A stretch of 64,000 nucleotides of DNA, filler included, from Piptocephalis cylindrospora (taxonomy: Eukaryota), in the NCBI GenBank assembly GCA_003614145.1. It is 8 parts of 8 records of this genome, joined end to end, with 100 filler letters (N's around TTAATTAATTAA, not from the genome) between each part and the next. Parts side by side here need not be neighbours in the genome. Positions count along the whole stretch, not along the records: positions 24,991 to 33,187 come from KZ988164.1; positions 33,288 to 41,468 come from KZ988165.1; 6 more parts are not named here. One strand, 5' to 3'. Position numbers and translations under genes: made by a program. Shown here piece after piece: positions 24,991 through 36,757 of the stretch. The number at the start of each line of letters is the position of its first letter. The stretch's first letter is position 1. Below the pieces are notes generated by a model that worked only from the letters and a program-made list of their open reading frames with translations, was not told the DNA's origin and did not search any database.

Positions 24991-25045
24991 GAGGTGTTAG
25001 AAAGCCCCAATCTCAATGACTTAACTATTCAGTCACATCGTGTTA
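24991..25045 (+). repeat. 55-bp exact direct repeat at both ends of the contig (second copy 33133-33187)
   Basis: gaggtgttagaaagccccaatctcaatgacttaactattcagtcacatcgtgtta is both the first and the last 55 nt of contig 24991-33187. Confidence 0.97.
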
Positions 25046-25287
25046 TTATTATTGTTGATCCAACTTGGTAAGTGTAAGATGATTGGTCTACGTAAACAAA
25101 CGCGTCACCCAGCGCCACCCGACGTCACCTCAAGTGAATTGGTAAACGAACGATTTAATCTATTCGGAATACAATCAATGATCAAATTCTCTTTCTTTCT
25201 CTCATCCCTACAGGCTCGCGACTTCACAAAATGGCCTAATAATAGTAATAGTAATATATCCACTCATGCCGGCAGGACGAAGCGGAA

Positions 25288-28200
25288 TTATCCTCTACCA
25301 GCCCTCTTGGCCGAGGAGGAAGCAGTAGGCTGAGTGAGACGATCAGTGGCACTCATCATGGTGGCTGCCTTTCTCCTTGGAGATTCAGAGGATGTGCCAT
25401 TGAGGGAGGACCTGGTCTTGGTTTTGGTGGTGCTTGCGGCTCTTTCCCCCGAGGGTGTCCCAGCCGAGGACCTTGGTGTGGTGGTGCCCGAAGAGGAAAG
25501 AGCAGCGGTGGAGGAGGCCTTTTGTTGTCGGGTAACAGGGGTGATGGAGGTGGTAGAAGTAGATTTGGATGAGGCTACGGAGGGAGGCCTTGTCCTGGGA
25601 TTGGACGGGGTCATGCGAGTAGAGGAGGTGGGAACAGATGGACCTCTCCTGGCACCCCCGACCGTGGTGGTCGATCTACCTCGGTTAACCCCATCACCAC
25701 TCACGGCTATGCCGCCCTTGATAGGGGAGGTGGGGGTGGGGGGATGATGGTTGGAGAGGGAGGAGGGAGCCCTGGATCGGGAGGCAAGAACCGAGGGAGG
25801 CCTCCTCCCCGTGGATAAAACGGATGGAGATCTGGTCTCCGTGGCAACTGAGGGGGACCTTGCGGTAGCCCTACTTACTCTTGTGGTAGACATGACTGAG
25901 GGAGACCGTGTAGTGGACATGACTGAGGGTGAGCGAGTGGTAGACATGACCGAAGGCGAGCGAGTGGTAGACATGGCCGAAGGAGGTCGGGAGGAGAGGG
26001 AAGAACCTGGACGAGAGGCTTCCCTGGCCTTGGAGACATTTCGACGCCTCTCCCGTTCGCGGGCGACGGCAGCAGCTCTGATCTCTCGTTCCTCCTCCTC
26101 ATGGGAGCACTTCTCAGCACATTTGGCACATCTGATTCCAGGGAAAAGAGGATGTCTACCATGACCCACAATGGATGAGGCTCTGGATCTGGAGGGACTA
26201 GAGGAGGACACAACCGATGAGGCTCTAGATCCGGGGATAGGACTGGCCATGGCGGATCGCAGCGGCGATCTTCCTCGTCTACCCTGACCACTCCCATTCC
26301 CACTTCCGCTTCCATTCCCATTCCCACTACCACTTCCCCCATGAAGATGAGGGACAAGAGAGCAAGATGAGGCGGATGAGAGAGAGGGACCAGTCTCGTT
26401 CATAGAGACACCCGATCGATTGGACATGACGGATGGAGGCCGTGGAGAGCGTCGTAGGTGATGAGGGGGATGACTTGATGTACCCATTTGAGAGGGAGGT
26501 CTACTCCTACCCCCACCTCCACCTCCAGTGACCTCAGAGAGACCATCGATGGTGGTGGAGGAACCAATGGAGCCCAGACCTGTATCCAATCTCTCTCTCA
26601 TGCGAGGCTTGGCATGGTGGACGCCAAAGACCTGGGGATTGATCACTCGATCGGATATTTCCTGTTGGAGGGTTTCCAGGTACCTGGAATCCTCAATGAT
26701 GAAGAGACCGCCCCGACTCTCCTCGTACCCAAGGACAGCCTGAGCCAATTGATCTTCGAGCTTGAGGAGGTTGGGATAGGCAGTCTTCCTCCATTTCTCC
26801 TCCTCCATGAGCTGACGAGAATTTCCAAAGAGCCTCTTTTTGTCTGAAGCCCTTTCCTCAAAGTCCATCATGGCTTGAATGGCATCCTTACGCCGCTTCA
26901 TTAGGATGTAGATGTCGGCGCCGTAATGAGCTTGGTTCCTGAGATCCTTGATGGATTTGACCAAGGCCTCCTCCACAGCAGCAGCCGAATCTAGTGAGGA
27001 TGGATAGATGAGCTTATGCGGATAGTATGGGATGAGAAGAGGCGTAAAGCGAGACTTACCAGAATCGGAAATGGCTGTCATGACCCTTTCCCGTCCAAGG
27101 GGACCAACCATGCAGGTATCCCATAGCTCATCGAGCTCCCCTTGGTACCGATCGACAATGTCGACTAGATGTTCCTGAAGTAAGGTCTTTAGTCGGGCGT
27201 ACTCATCAGCCAGCTTAACTAGCTTAACATCCTCAAGACCTGTGGGAATGGGCATCCTTTCGGGATCAGGGATGCCGAGTTCACCGTATAGCCTGGTGAT
27301 GTCCTCGACAAGCTTTTCTCTATGGGACCACCTACGATCGTACTCATACCTCAACCATCCGGCCCTTTCGCCTAGGTCGGATAGGCAAGCTCCGGAAAGG
27401 GATAGACCCTGGGGCAGGGAGGGAACGAGGGAGAAGTAAGGGGATGCTTTAGGAGGCTGGGGGGCTTGAGGGATGGCCTGGCCAGATGGAGTGGTAGTGG
27501 TAGGGGAAGGGGGTAAAGGAGGGAGGTCTTCTTGATGAGGCAAATCCAGGACAGGAAGATAGGTGGTGGGAGGCAGCGGAGGAGATTGTAGGTGGTTTTC
27601 CTCATTATCATCATCCTCCTCTTCCTCCAAGAGGGGAAGAGCAGGAGGGAGAGATGAAATGGTCTTTGGAGGGCTAATGAGCTTCGAAGGATCGGTAGGA
27701 TCCATGGCACCATTGGTGATGATCGAGTCATCGGTCATGCTATGATCATTAACCTCACTATGGCCATTGATCCCTTCATGACCACTCACTTCACCTTGAT
27801 CACTTACATCACCTCCTCCCCCACCAAGTAGACTCAGCTCCAAACCCTCCACCTCACTGACGCCAGTCATGTGAGCATCGCCCTCCCGATCAAGTACCTC
27901 TTGATCAAAGGTATGGTACAGGGAATCGAGGGCTTGATCCAATGGATCATCCGGGTCATAACCTAGACTGGCGCGGTAGAAGCGAATTTCGGTGAGATAG
28001 TCATTGAAGGCGACGATCCTCTCGGACTTGAGGTGCCGTAAGACGTGAAGCGTGTTGGTGAGGGGAAGGAGTTGGGTACGGGAAAGATCATCATGAAAGA
28101 TCCTTTCATCGGGGATGAGGAAGTCTTTATCGAGTTCCTGATTCAGATCCTTGATTTCCTGGATGGCATCCTTGACGAGGAGACGTCGGGAGGAGACTTG

Positions 28201-30553
28201 AGCCTCCAGATCCTCCCGGATAGACTGAAGCTGAGTGAGTCTTTCTTCCTCTTGGGATAATGGGGAGGAAAGTTCCTCCTGGAAGGGTTCGGAAGGATGA
28301 CCAAGAATCTTTGCAAGATGGATACATTGAGTCTAAGGACGGAAGGAGGGATGAGAACGGGGGGGGGGGAAGAGATAGCCTTTCTAGAAAAGGCAGAGTG
28401 GGGATGTAGGCTTACCAAAGTATCCTCAAGATCCTTTTGACATTGAAGTCGTCTATCTTCCTTTCCCTTAATCTCATCCTGCAAGGACTTGTATTCTTTC
28501 TCCAGGGATTTTATGGCTTCGGCCGTGGTGAGATGAGGGGAGTGATGGCCCTCTTCATCTGGGATGGAGTCATTATCATCGATTTCCATGTCCTGCTCGA
28601 TTACCTTGTCCTTCTCTGGGGCCGTATCCTCCCTCTCCTCCTCTTCCCCGGCCTGGGTCATTTTTTCAAGGGTCTTCTTACAAGAGGAAATCTTCTTGAG
28701 TAGCTTGCACCGACGTGTCTTTCTCTTCTCCAGGGTCTCGAGGACATGAACCCTTCGATGCCTCAGGAGATCCAAGCACTCTGGGGAGAGGTTCAGTGGT
28801 TTTGGAAGTGGGGAGGAAAAGAAGGTGGGGGTGGAGGCCGGGATGGGATCCGGGACATTACCGGAATCGGATAAAGCACCGCTTTGCTTGGAATCGCCTG
28901 ATAAGGGATGAGTGCCACCTTCCTCGACCAGTCCCTCATCTTCATCCTCCTCATCTTCCTCCTTTTCCTCTCCCTTGACAGACGTCTCATCTCTACCCCG
29001 ATCAGAAGCATACCAAGTGAATACTTGATCAAGAGCATCACCCATGTCATCTGGCTTCTCCTCGTATCCATGACGAAGGTAGCCACGAAGATCCCAGAGG
29101 GAGTGGAGAACTTGTTCGAATTCCTGAACCCTTTGACCTTTTTGGTCCTCAAGGTTGAATTCCCAGGCGAGTAGAGGGCGAATCCTTGCCCAACCAAGAT
29201 CACGTTTGAAGGACTCGACAGGGGGGATGAGGGTGGAGGGGTTGAGTCCTAGATCGTAGGCTAGGGCCCGCAGCCTAGAGAGGACGGCGACGACTAGATC
29301 TTTACGGTAGCGAACATCGAGGGCCAAGGACTCGTAGGTGAGGTGAACCTGATCGAGAGAGTATTCGACCTCGCCTCCATGCTCGACACTGACCCAACCA
29401 CTATGGATATCGGGATGATGGCCAAGGAGGGCAGCCATGTCTTGACCCTCCTCGATGACATCCTCGGTCTCGGCGAGGGTGAGGAAGGCGCCCCAACGGC
29501 GGGCCATGAATTTTGCCTTCATGCGCGCATACTCACCCTCCAGCTCAGCCATGCGACCAAAGCTTAGGGCGCCATCCTCTTCTTCACCCAGGAGGGGGAG
29601 TTGCTCATCGACGGGCCAATCCAAGGCCGAGTAGTAGCGTTCGATGCCACGGACAAGTTCATCCCTCCGTCCTTGTCTTCGTGTACGAGCGCCCTCGAGG
29701 GCACGAACCCGCTGGGAAAGTTTACGTAAGGCGGGGATGGTGATGCGTAGACATAAGGGTAGGGGAATGTCCGGGGGATGAAGGGAGTCGAGAGGGGCAG
29801 CATCCAAGAGATCATTGAGCTGTATAGGATAGTAAGAGGAGGGGGGAATGGTGGAGGGATGGGTGAAGAGGGAGGCAAGGGCAGAGTCAAGCTCGTCCGT
29901 GCCATGATGATCGAGGATACGATACAGATGATGAGCACGACTAACGACCTGATTGAACTGTATGACTCTTCCATGACGTAGATGACGCAGGGGATCGAGC
30001 CGTAGGGTGAGGGATTGAAGGGTGGGGAGGGGGAGATGACGTGGGAGAAGGGAAGACGCATCCCCGTCAAACGGGGAAATCTCATCCATCTCCACGGCTA
30101 GGACGGAGCCTTCGAGGAGAAGACGATGCAGAAAGTACCTTCTTCTTCCCTCTTCCTCCTCCAGGATTTTTTCCACATGAGTGAGATGAGCTGTGTGGAG
30201 GGCAAGGGAACCGGCGGGTAGCTCAGGAAGGAGAAAAAGATCAGGATGGTAGCCAAGGGTCATTGACCTTTGAGCCAGGGCAATGGCCCTGTCCTCCAAG
30301 GAGGCTTTGTATAATCTATGATTTCTTTCCTCTTCCCTGATGACTTTGTCTAGTTCCGAGGTGATTGTCTTTTGAAGGATATAGATGTGTGTGTGCGTGT
30401 GTGTGTGTGAGAAGGGGAGCGAGGGGAGGGAGATAATGTAAGGATGAAGCTTACCTTTAACCTCTCCTTTTTGACCTGGTCAGGTAGGCCACCTTGATCC
30501 AGCCATAGTAGCTCAAGAGTTGAGAGACGGGAATCAAGGATCCCTCTCGGCAT
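25288..30553 (-). CDS. ASE1: Ase1/PRC1/MAP65 microtubule cross-linker, unusually long (about 1,650-1,700 aa after splicing 3 introns)
   Basis: FEERASDKKRLFGNSRQLMEEEKWRK...LLKLEDQL...YEE...FII spectrin-like MT-binding core and S/R/P-rich tail. Introns near 30454-30370, 28416-28333 and 27059-26991 join the ORFs. Confidence 0.82.
25880..25985 (-). repeat. 27-nt coding tandem repeat RSPSVMSTT (about 4 copies) in the Ase1 tail
   Basis: RPPSAMSTT RSPSVMSTT RSPSVMSTT RSPSVMSTT. Confidence 0.85.
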
Positions 30554-31869
30554 GTGGATATGAGGGGATGTTACAGAGGTGGATGGGAGAAAGAGGAAGA
30601 GAGGGATGGAAAGCAAAAAGAGCAAGAAAGAATGGAGTAACGGAGAGGGGGAGAGAGAGAGAGACAACGAGGGAAATGTGAGTGTGGGGATGAAGAAAGA
30701 ATAGGATGGGAGAGGAGGAGAGAAGGAAAAAGGACCGCCTTGATCATCCGTCTATTATATTCGCGAGGGTCGGAGACTCGACAGGAAGTGTGTGGGCCAG
30801 ATAATATGAGACGAGGGGGACGAAGGGGAGGAGAGAGGGCAGGAAAAGGGGAGCAGGGAAAGTGAAGATATGAGAGAGGCAGAGAGAGAGGCGCAATTTG
30901 CAGGTCCCTCCCCTCTCATTCTTCTCTCCGCCTCTCTCCAAGGCGCCATCATCCAACCACCTGCACTTCTTTTTCCATGAGCACAAGTGTGAGAGAGAGA
31001 AGGAAGGGGAGGGAGGAGAAGGGCGTTACCCCCGCTCCCCCATCGTGCTAGACACATTGGACCCATCATCTCCGCTCTTACCCTGTCAATGCCTGTGGAC
31101 TCACACTATCTGGCTGCTGCTCCCACCCCTCTTGACAAAGGGCCATTGTTACCCCGCTCTCGCCTGTTGTTAAATGATGGGCGTACAGTACTAGTGGGAC
31201 AGGAAGCGCACACATGAGAGAGGGACATAGGAGAAATGGAGTCGCTCTGGTCAATGGGGGGGAAGAACATGAATATAAGGGTAGATGGGTACTATCCAAT
31301 TTGAAGTGCCTTTTCCTTCCTCATACAATAGGGAAGGAGTAGAGGAGCGGGAGAGAGAGAGAGAGACCGCGGAGTTGATCTTCATTCATCCCCTCCTTGC
31401 ACACCTCTATGGCAAGAGGTTCGGGGAAAGAGAGATCCGTGCCCTTCTCGTTAGCTCATTATTACCCTGGGGGGACGCAAGAAGCCCTTCTTCCCTCCTA
31501 CCGAGACGATTTTCCAGGGTCAATGTGCCCTTGCAGAAGATCCGTGCAGTATCCCCGCCAAGAGCGAGAGGGGAACCCATGGGATGAAGATGGGGATTGG
31601 GGTGTGTACACCGCTAAAGAAAGGATCATATGCAGGGACAAGAGTGAAGCTGACTATTCTCCTGAAAAGCGGGGATGTAGGTCATGGTCTTGGTCGACTT
31701 GTCCCATGCTCATGATAATGGGATAAGTCCAAGGGATGGGGGGGCATGGGTCTATCCTAGACATGCACAGGGCATATGATGATAAATCTCACGAGAAAAG
31801 GTCTTTACACAGAGGAGAGAAGAGAGAAAGAGATGGATGGATGGATTCATCTCAATACACACAAACACA

Positions 31870-31935
31870 TACGACACGACACGTCAAAACACGACACGAC
31901 ACGTCAGAACACGACACGACATGACACAACACAAA
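31870..31935. repeat. (ACACG)n imperfect pentanucleotide microsatellite
   Basis: acgacacgacacgtcaaaacacgacacgacacgtcagaacacgacacgacatgacac. Confidence 0.8.
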
Positions 31936-32099
31936 AACAACAAATGACACCACCTCCTCTTGACCCTCCTATCCCACCGTATCGTCGCCCCCCTCTCTCT
32001 TCCCTTCGTGTTCCTTCCTTTTCTCCCTTTTCCCACTGCCTCGTTCTTTTTATCAGCCCATCCTCCATCACTTGTCGCCCTCAAGAATCAACAATCCAA

Positions 32100-33158
32100 T
32101 TAAGAAGGTGGGGTAGGTAGGGTGGGTTCCTCTCCTGGAACACCATGGGAACCGTTGGCCTTGGAGGGCCAAGGGGAATGGTTCAGTTGCATGAGGGTAA
32201 GGACAGCATCCATGGGAAAGTCATCTGGGACCTGGGAGGAAGTGGATGAGGAGGAGGAGGAGGAGGAGGGGGAGGAAGCGGAAATTTTCCTACTTCGCTC
32301 CTCCTCTTTGATATGAGGATGCCCGGGATGATACTCTGGTCCATGAGGGTAGGAGGAATTTTTTCCCTCGGGTCCATGGTCATAGGAGGAGGAGGAGGAG
32401 GAGGAGGGGGACATGGCTCTGGAGGGGGCATTGGAGGTACTGGTGGAGGAGGGGGCCGATGGCATGGAAGTCAGATCGGGAGGCCCACTGACCCAGCCAG
32501 GATGCTCCTCCAGCATCCTTCTCCTGGATTCCTTTTCCCTTCGCTTCTCCCTCCTTCGGTGAAACTCCTCCTCTTGCCATCTGGACTTGTGAAGGGAGGG
32601 TTCAGGACCAAAGAGCTTATGAGCCCTCTTGGTGACACGACACCGTAGGTCATTATCCTTATTCCTCTCCTCGTTATTCTCTCTCCATCTCTTCTTTCTC
32701 ACACGATTCTCCGTCCTCATCCTCTCTACTAGGGCTTCCCGTTCTTCCTGGGTTCGGCCTGAGGAGGAAGAGGAGGAAGAGGATTGGGAGGAGGAAGAGG
32801 AGGAGGAGGGTGTACGATGGGCCTTTCCCAGATTAGAAAGACCTTGAGGATGGGCGGGATCCTTGATCTCATTCCCATGGGGATGAGGATACTGGGAGGT
32901 GGGGGAGGAAGATGAAGAGGAGGAGGAGGAGGAAAAATGGGTTGGAGGGGGTGGAAGGTTCAAGGAGGGATGTTGAGGATGAGGATGAGGAAGGTGATGG
33001 TGATGGGGGAGAGGAGGGGGAGGGGGAGGAGGAGGGGGGTGAGGATGAAGAGAGTGGGTGGGGTGAGTAGGGTGACGAGGATGAGAGTGATGGTGATGAT
33101 GATGATGAGCAGGATGGGAGGAGGTGGAGGGGGAGGTGTTAGAAAGCCCCAATCTCAA
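32100..33158 (-). CDS. DUF3020-family protein, 5'-truncated (His/Pro/Ser low-complexity N-terminal part)
   Basis: ENRVRKKRWRENNEERNKDNDLRCRVTKRAHKLFG...EEEFHRRREKR and FPMDAVLTLMQL. No ATG before the domain. Confidence 0.8.
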   Translation of the reverse strand: MRLGLSNTSPSTSSHPAHHHHHHHSHPRHPTHPTHSLHPHPPPPPPPPPLPHHHHLPHPHPQHPSLNLPPPPTHFSSSSSSSSSSPTSQYPHPHGNEIKDPAHPQGLSNLGKAHRTPSSSSSSSQSSSSSSSSGRTQEEREALVERMRTENRVRKKRWRENNEERNKDNDLRCRVTKRAHKLFGPEPSLHKSRWQEEEFHRRREKRREKESRRRMLEEHPGWVSGPPDLTSMPSAPSSTSTSNAPSRAMSPSSSSSSSYDHGPEGKNSSYPHGPEYHPGHPHIKEEERSRKISASSPSSSSSSSSTSSQVPDDFPMDAVLTLMQLNHSPWPSKANGSHGVPGEEPTLPTPPS

Positions 33159-34025
33159 TGACTTAACTATTCAGTCACATCGTGTTANNNNNNNNNNNNN
33201 NNNNNNNNNNNNNNNNNNNNNNNNNNNNNNNTTAATTAATTAANNNNNNNNNNNNNNNNNNNNNNNNNNNNNNNNNNNNNNNNNNNNCGGTAAAGGAAGA
33301 AGGCGGTCTTTGTGAAGAAGACAAGGTGATTCTAGGGGCGGAGACTTGGAGTACTTGAACAAGGATCGGACTGAAGTTCTCATGTAGAATAAGGATAATG
33401 TTGCATGGGGCTCAAGGGTGTCCTTGCCCTTTGTAGTGCATGGTTAAGGGAGGGACGGGGTCATGATAAGCACTCCTTTGTGCATAGTAGGCGCTACCCA
33501 ACAATAGGCTATTAGGCATCCGAACACATAAACCCGCCCAAACAGGCCAGCCTTTGACGAGCAGTATGCTATTTCGTCATACTTTAAGTCGATCGTCTAG
33601 CTATAGAATCAAAGCTTATATTAGTCCAAGTTACAACTGCATACCTCATGATAGTCTATCTCCTTAAAGCTCAAATCTATAATAACAATAGAAAATGTCG
33701 CATCCCATCTATTCCATCCATGATCATCGAGCCAAGTGTCTTTTCACCCAATACCGCTAGTCGAGCATTTTACGCATGGATTCTCTTGAGAGTTTTGTAT
33801 ACACCAACGTGCAGTATTGCTATTCGAATAAGGTAAAGCAGCCTAGCTGGAATTGAGCCTGGAGTTTCTCAATAAGGATCCACGCCTGAAAAACCACGAT
33901 CATATTGTCTATAGACATGCAAGCAGCCCGGATGCCTGAAACCGGCCTACCCATGGACGGGCGGTCAATCGAAATACCATAGGTTCCCCTTTTGTTCTTC
34001 TAAATGTGCAGCGAAGTACTACAAC

Positions 34026-34891
34026 ATGATGGCCTTTGTCTTTAACTGCGGCTATGATCCATGCCCTCATCCCGTCCAAATGCATAATGATTTCAAGGGC
34101 GCCTATTGCAGCAAAACCTGCGAGGAAGCGGCAACCATGGATCGAAGTGCTCTTACCTTGGACATTCTCGGAAATTTGGATCCAGACTATTACCGTGTCT
34201 GCAATCAATTTTGTAATAAGGTATCGGATGGTCTAATCACCTTCCATAATAATACCAATACTTCAATGGCCGCCTTGGACAGGGGGCTACATATCAAAAG
34301 GGTAAATGTCATCCGTGTTGGTCATCCTTACGCCTCCATTGAGGCTTATCGCAAGTGTATTGGTGAGAGAAAGCAGCAGAGTCACCTCCTCTTCCATGGT
34401 ACTATCATGCAATGTACCATGGACCTTAACTTGCGGGAGGAAGAGGGGCCAAGGGGAATTCCAAGAGCTTGTAATCATGGGGATTGTCGACTCTGCTCCA
34501 TTTTACGTTCCGGTTTCCGTATTGGCCCGGCTAATGGTAATTGCCGTGATCGGGAGTGACCCTGTGGCTATCTCATTAGCTAAAACGATCTTGATGGTTC
34601 CTGGCCAGCCATCTTTTTCTCCTCCGACGCTTCCTATAGTCATACGTATTCGAGCAAGACCAAGCCTCAGACAGGGTGGTTTGGTATGTTGGCCTGCTCG
34701 GTTTGGGATTTTCCCAAGAACTTGGAAACGACTGGAGGGATCCATTTCACCAAGACTACCCAGGTAAGAGCGAAAGAGAGTGCCGGGATAATTGAATCAC
34801 ACGATCACAATTCATCTTACCTTTCAATGGGGTGGATTTCTAGGGATGTCTTGTGCGGTATGTCATTCTTTACGAAATTTACATCTCCTAA
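34026..34891 (+). CDS. Small PARP-fold ADP-ribosyltransferase-like protein with Cys clusters; introns 34537-34608 and 34764-34843
   Basis: LLFHGT, CNHGDCRLCSILRSGF; after splicing AIFFSSDASYSHTYS, GMLACSV and GCLVRYVILY*. N-terminal C-x4-C...YCSKTC. Confidence 0.7.
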
Positions 34892-35212
34892 ATGTTTGTC
34901 GAGATGAAAGTGAAAGAAATAGTAAATTGAGTGTATCAGCTGATAAAATACACCTCACTATTTGCAATATTGCCGCTTAGAAGGAAGCATGTGAATCCAA
35001 GAATAAAAGAGAATCACTTTATATATATACCGGAAGGAGAAGGCACGTAGGATACTGGACCATCCCCCAAGAGAGGAGAGAGATACCCCATCGGCCGCCA
35101 CATTCCATCACCACACTCTCATCTTCACTAATAGTGACATCTCTTGTCCCCACGAAATAGGATAAAACAAAGGGGGAAGGGGAGGTCTTTCCTCCAGTCA
35201 TACCACCATCCA

Positions 35213-36757
35213 TCACTGTCGCTCCAATCCCATTTTACTCAAAGCATCGTGCGGGTGGTTGATGGGATTTTGAGTGGGAGGCTGATAATCCCACTGCTCC
35301 TTCCCAATTCTCATGACAAAACGGACCTGATTGGCAATGGAGCGCATTTGACCAAGGACAAAGCCATTGCCCTCAACCCAGCCAAAGTGGGTGTAGGTAA
35401 GGTTATGGCCCTCAGCCCAAGTCTTAACAAGACCAGTGAGTTCCCGAAGGCAGTGTCTAGGGGCACGGGGGAAGAAGTGATGAGCCACTTGGTATTGTAA
35501 ACCTCCGTGGAACCAATCCATGTAGGGTGGGCAATCAAAGTCCATGGTGGTACGGAGGATCTTAGCAGGATAGGATTCATGGGGGCCAAGAAGATCGGTA
35601 GACATGCCAAAGTGGGACATGGTGATTTGGACGTGGATAATGCCCGCTACAGCATGGGAAAGGAGGACATACCCGAGTATGGCCGTGCGGGAGGGAAGGG
35701 TGTAGGCGAGGAGAAGGGAGTACCACGCGATGAAGGTGGCTAGACCTAGAAGCTCAAAGTACCTTAAGGGATCGGTGGACCGGAAGAGGAGATGAGCCCA
35801 GGATCGAACGTAAAGGTTGAAGCGGGCGAGGGAAAGGACAAGATAGTAGAGATAATGCTGAAGGGAAATGAAGAAGGAGGCAATGGGGGACCAGGCAAAA
35901 TATCGTTGGTAATAAGAGGAGTAGAAGCCACCGAGGAGGTGGGTGGACACGGCAAAGAAGGGCATGTGATGAATGTCCGGATCATCGTACGGGTGATTGG
36001 TGATGATGTGGTGGACATTGTGGTTGTGCTTCCACCACCCAAGACTCACGCCCCCTATGAAGTTGCCGAAGGAAATTCCGATGATCTGGTCGCGTCGACG
36101 GTTCAAGGAAACGGAAGAGTGACCCAGATCATGAGCTACAAAGGAAGCTTGCTGCCACCCCATGCCCATACATGAAGCCGACACTATTTGGGCGAAAATG
36201 CTGTTGGGCGCCATGATGAGGAGGGATATGGCAGTAATGAAGAGGATAGGGATGCGGATGAGATCAGATGTATAGCCTGTGTAGGGCATATCTAGGTAGC
36301 CTAGTCGATCGATTTTAGCGTAAAGGGCACGATAGGACTCGGAGAGGTCCTGGTGTTCCCTCAGTGTCTTTTCCCCTATTTGATCATTCTCTGTCCATAC
36401 ATGATCCTTGGATGTGAAGGGAGGAGCGGGGTCGGGCGTGACGGGCATCTTGGATGGGGATATCACAGCCTCACAAGACAGCTCTGAGGATATGTACTCT
36501 CCAATGGCAAAGCGAGCCATCTGAGTCTGAAAGACTTCTCGTGGGTGAATGGAGATGATCTCGTCGGTCATGTCTCGACCAATACCATGGAGTAAGGCTT
36601 CTTCCCCTCCCGGATGGTAAGGGAGCCATCGAGTGACATCGAGGACCTGTCCACGGAACATGAGGACCTTACGACCCCGCTCCACCATCTCCCGGACATC
36701 CGCGGCCGTGTACTTTCGTTGGGACTTCGACAAGGTAATTGCCTCAGGTGGAGCCAT
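35213..36757 (-). CDS. SLD1: Cytochrome b5-fused front-end desaturase, probably sphingolipid delta-8 desaturase
   Basis: HPGG heme motif; His boxes HDLGH, HNVHH, QVAHH; HVQITMSHF. Likely start MAPPEAI at 36757. Confidence 0.88.
   Translation of the reverse strand: MAPPEAITLSKSQRKYTAADVREMVERGRKVLMFRGQVLDVTRWLPYHPGGEEALLHGIGRDMTDEIISIHPREVFQTQMARFAIGEYISSELSCEAVISPSKMPVTPDPAPPFTSKDHVWTENDQIGEKTLREHQDLSESYRALYAKIDRLGYLDMPYTGYTSDLIRIPILFITAISLLIMAPNSIFAQIVSASCMGMGWQQASFVAHDLGHSSVSLNRRRDQIIGISFGNFIGGVSLGWWKHNHNVHHIITNHPYDDPDIHHMPFFAVSTHLLGGFYSSYYQRYFAWSPIASFFISLQHYLYYLVLSLARFNLYVRSWAHLLFRSTDPLRYFELLGLATFIAWYSLLLAYTLPSRTAILGYVLLSHAVAGIIHVQITMSHFGMSTDLLGPHESYPAKILRTTMDFDCPPYMDWFHGGLQYQVAHHFFPRAPRHCLRELTGLVKTWAEGHNLTYTHFGWVEGNGFVLGQMRSIANQVRFVMRIGKEQWDYQPPTQNPINHPHDALSKMGLERQ

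Noticed and set aside
34557..34559. In-frame TGA in the PARP-like gene as selenocysteine or readthrough
   Set aside because: A TAA follows in frame, and a 72-nt GT-AG intron removes both stops.
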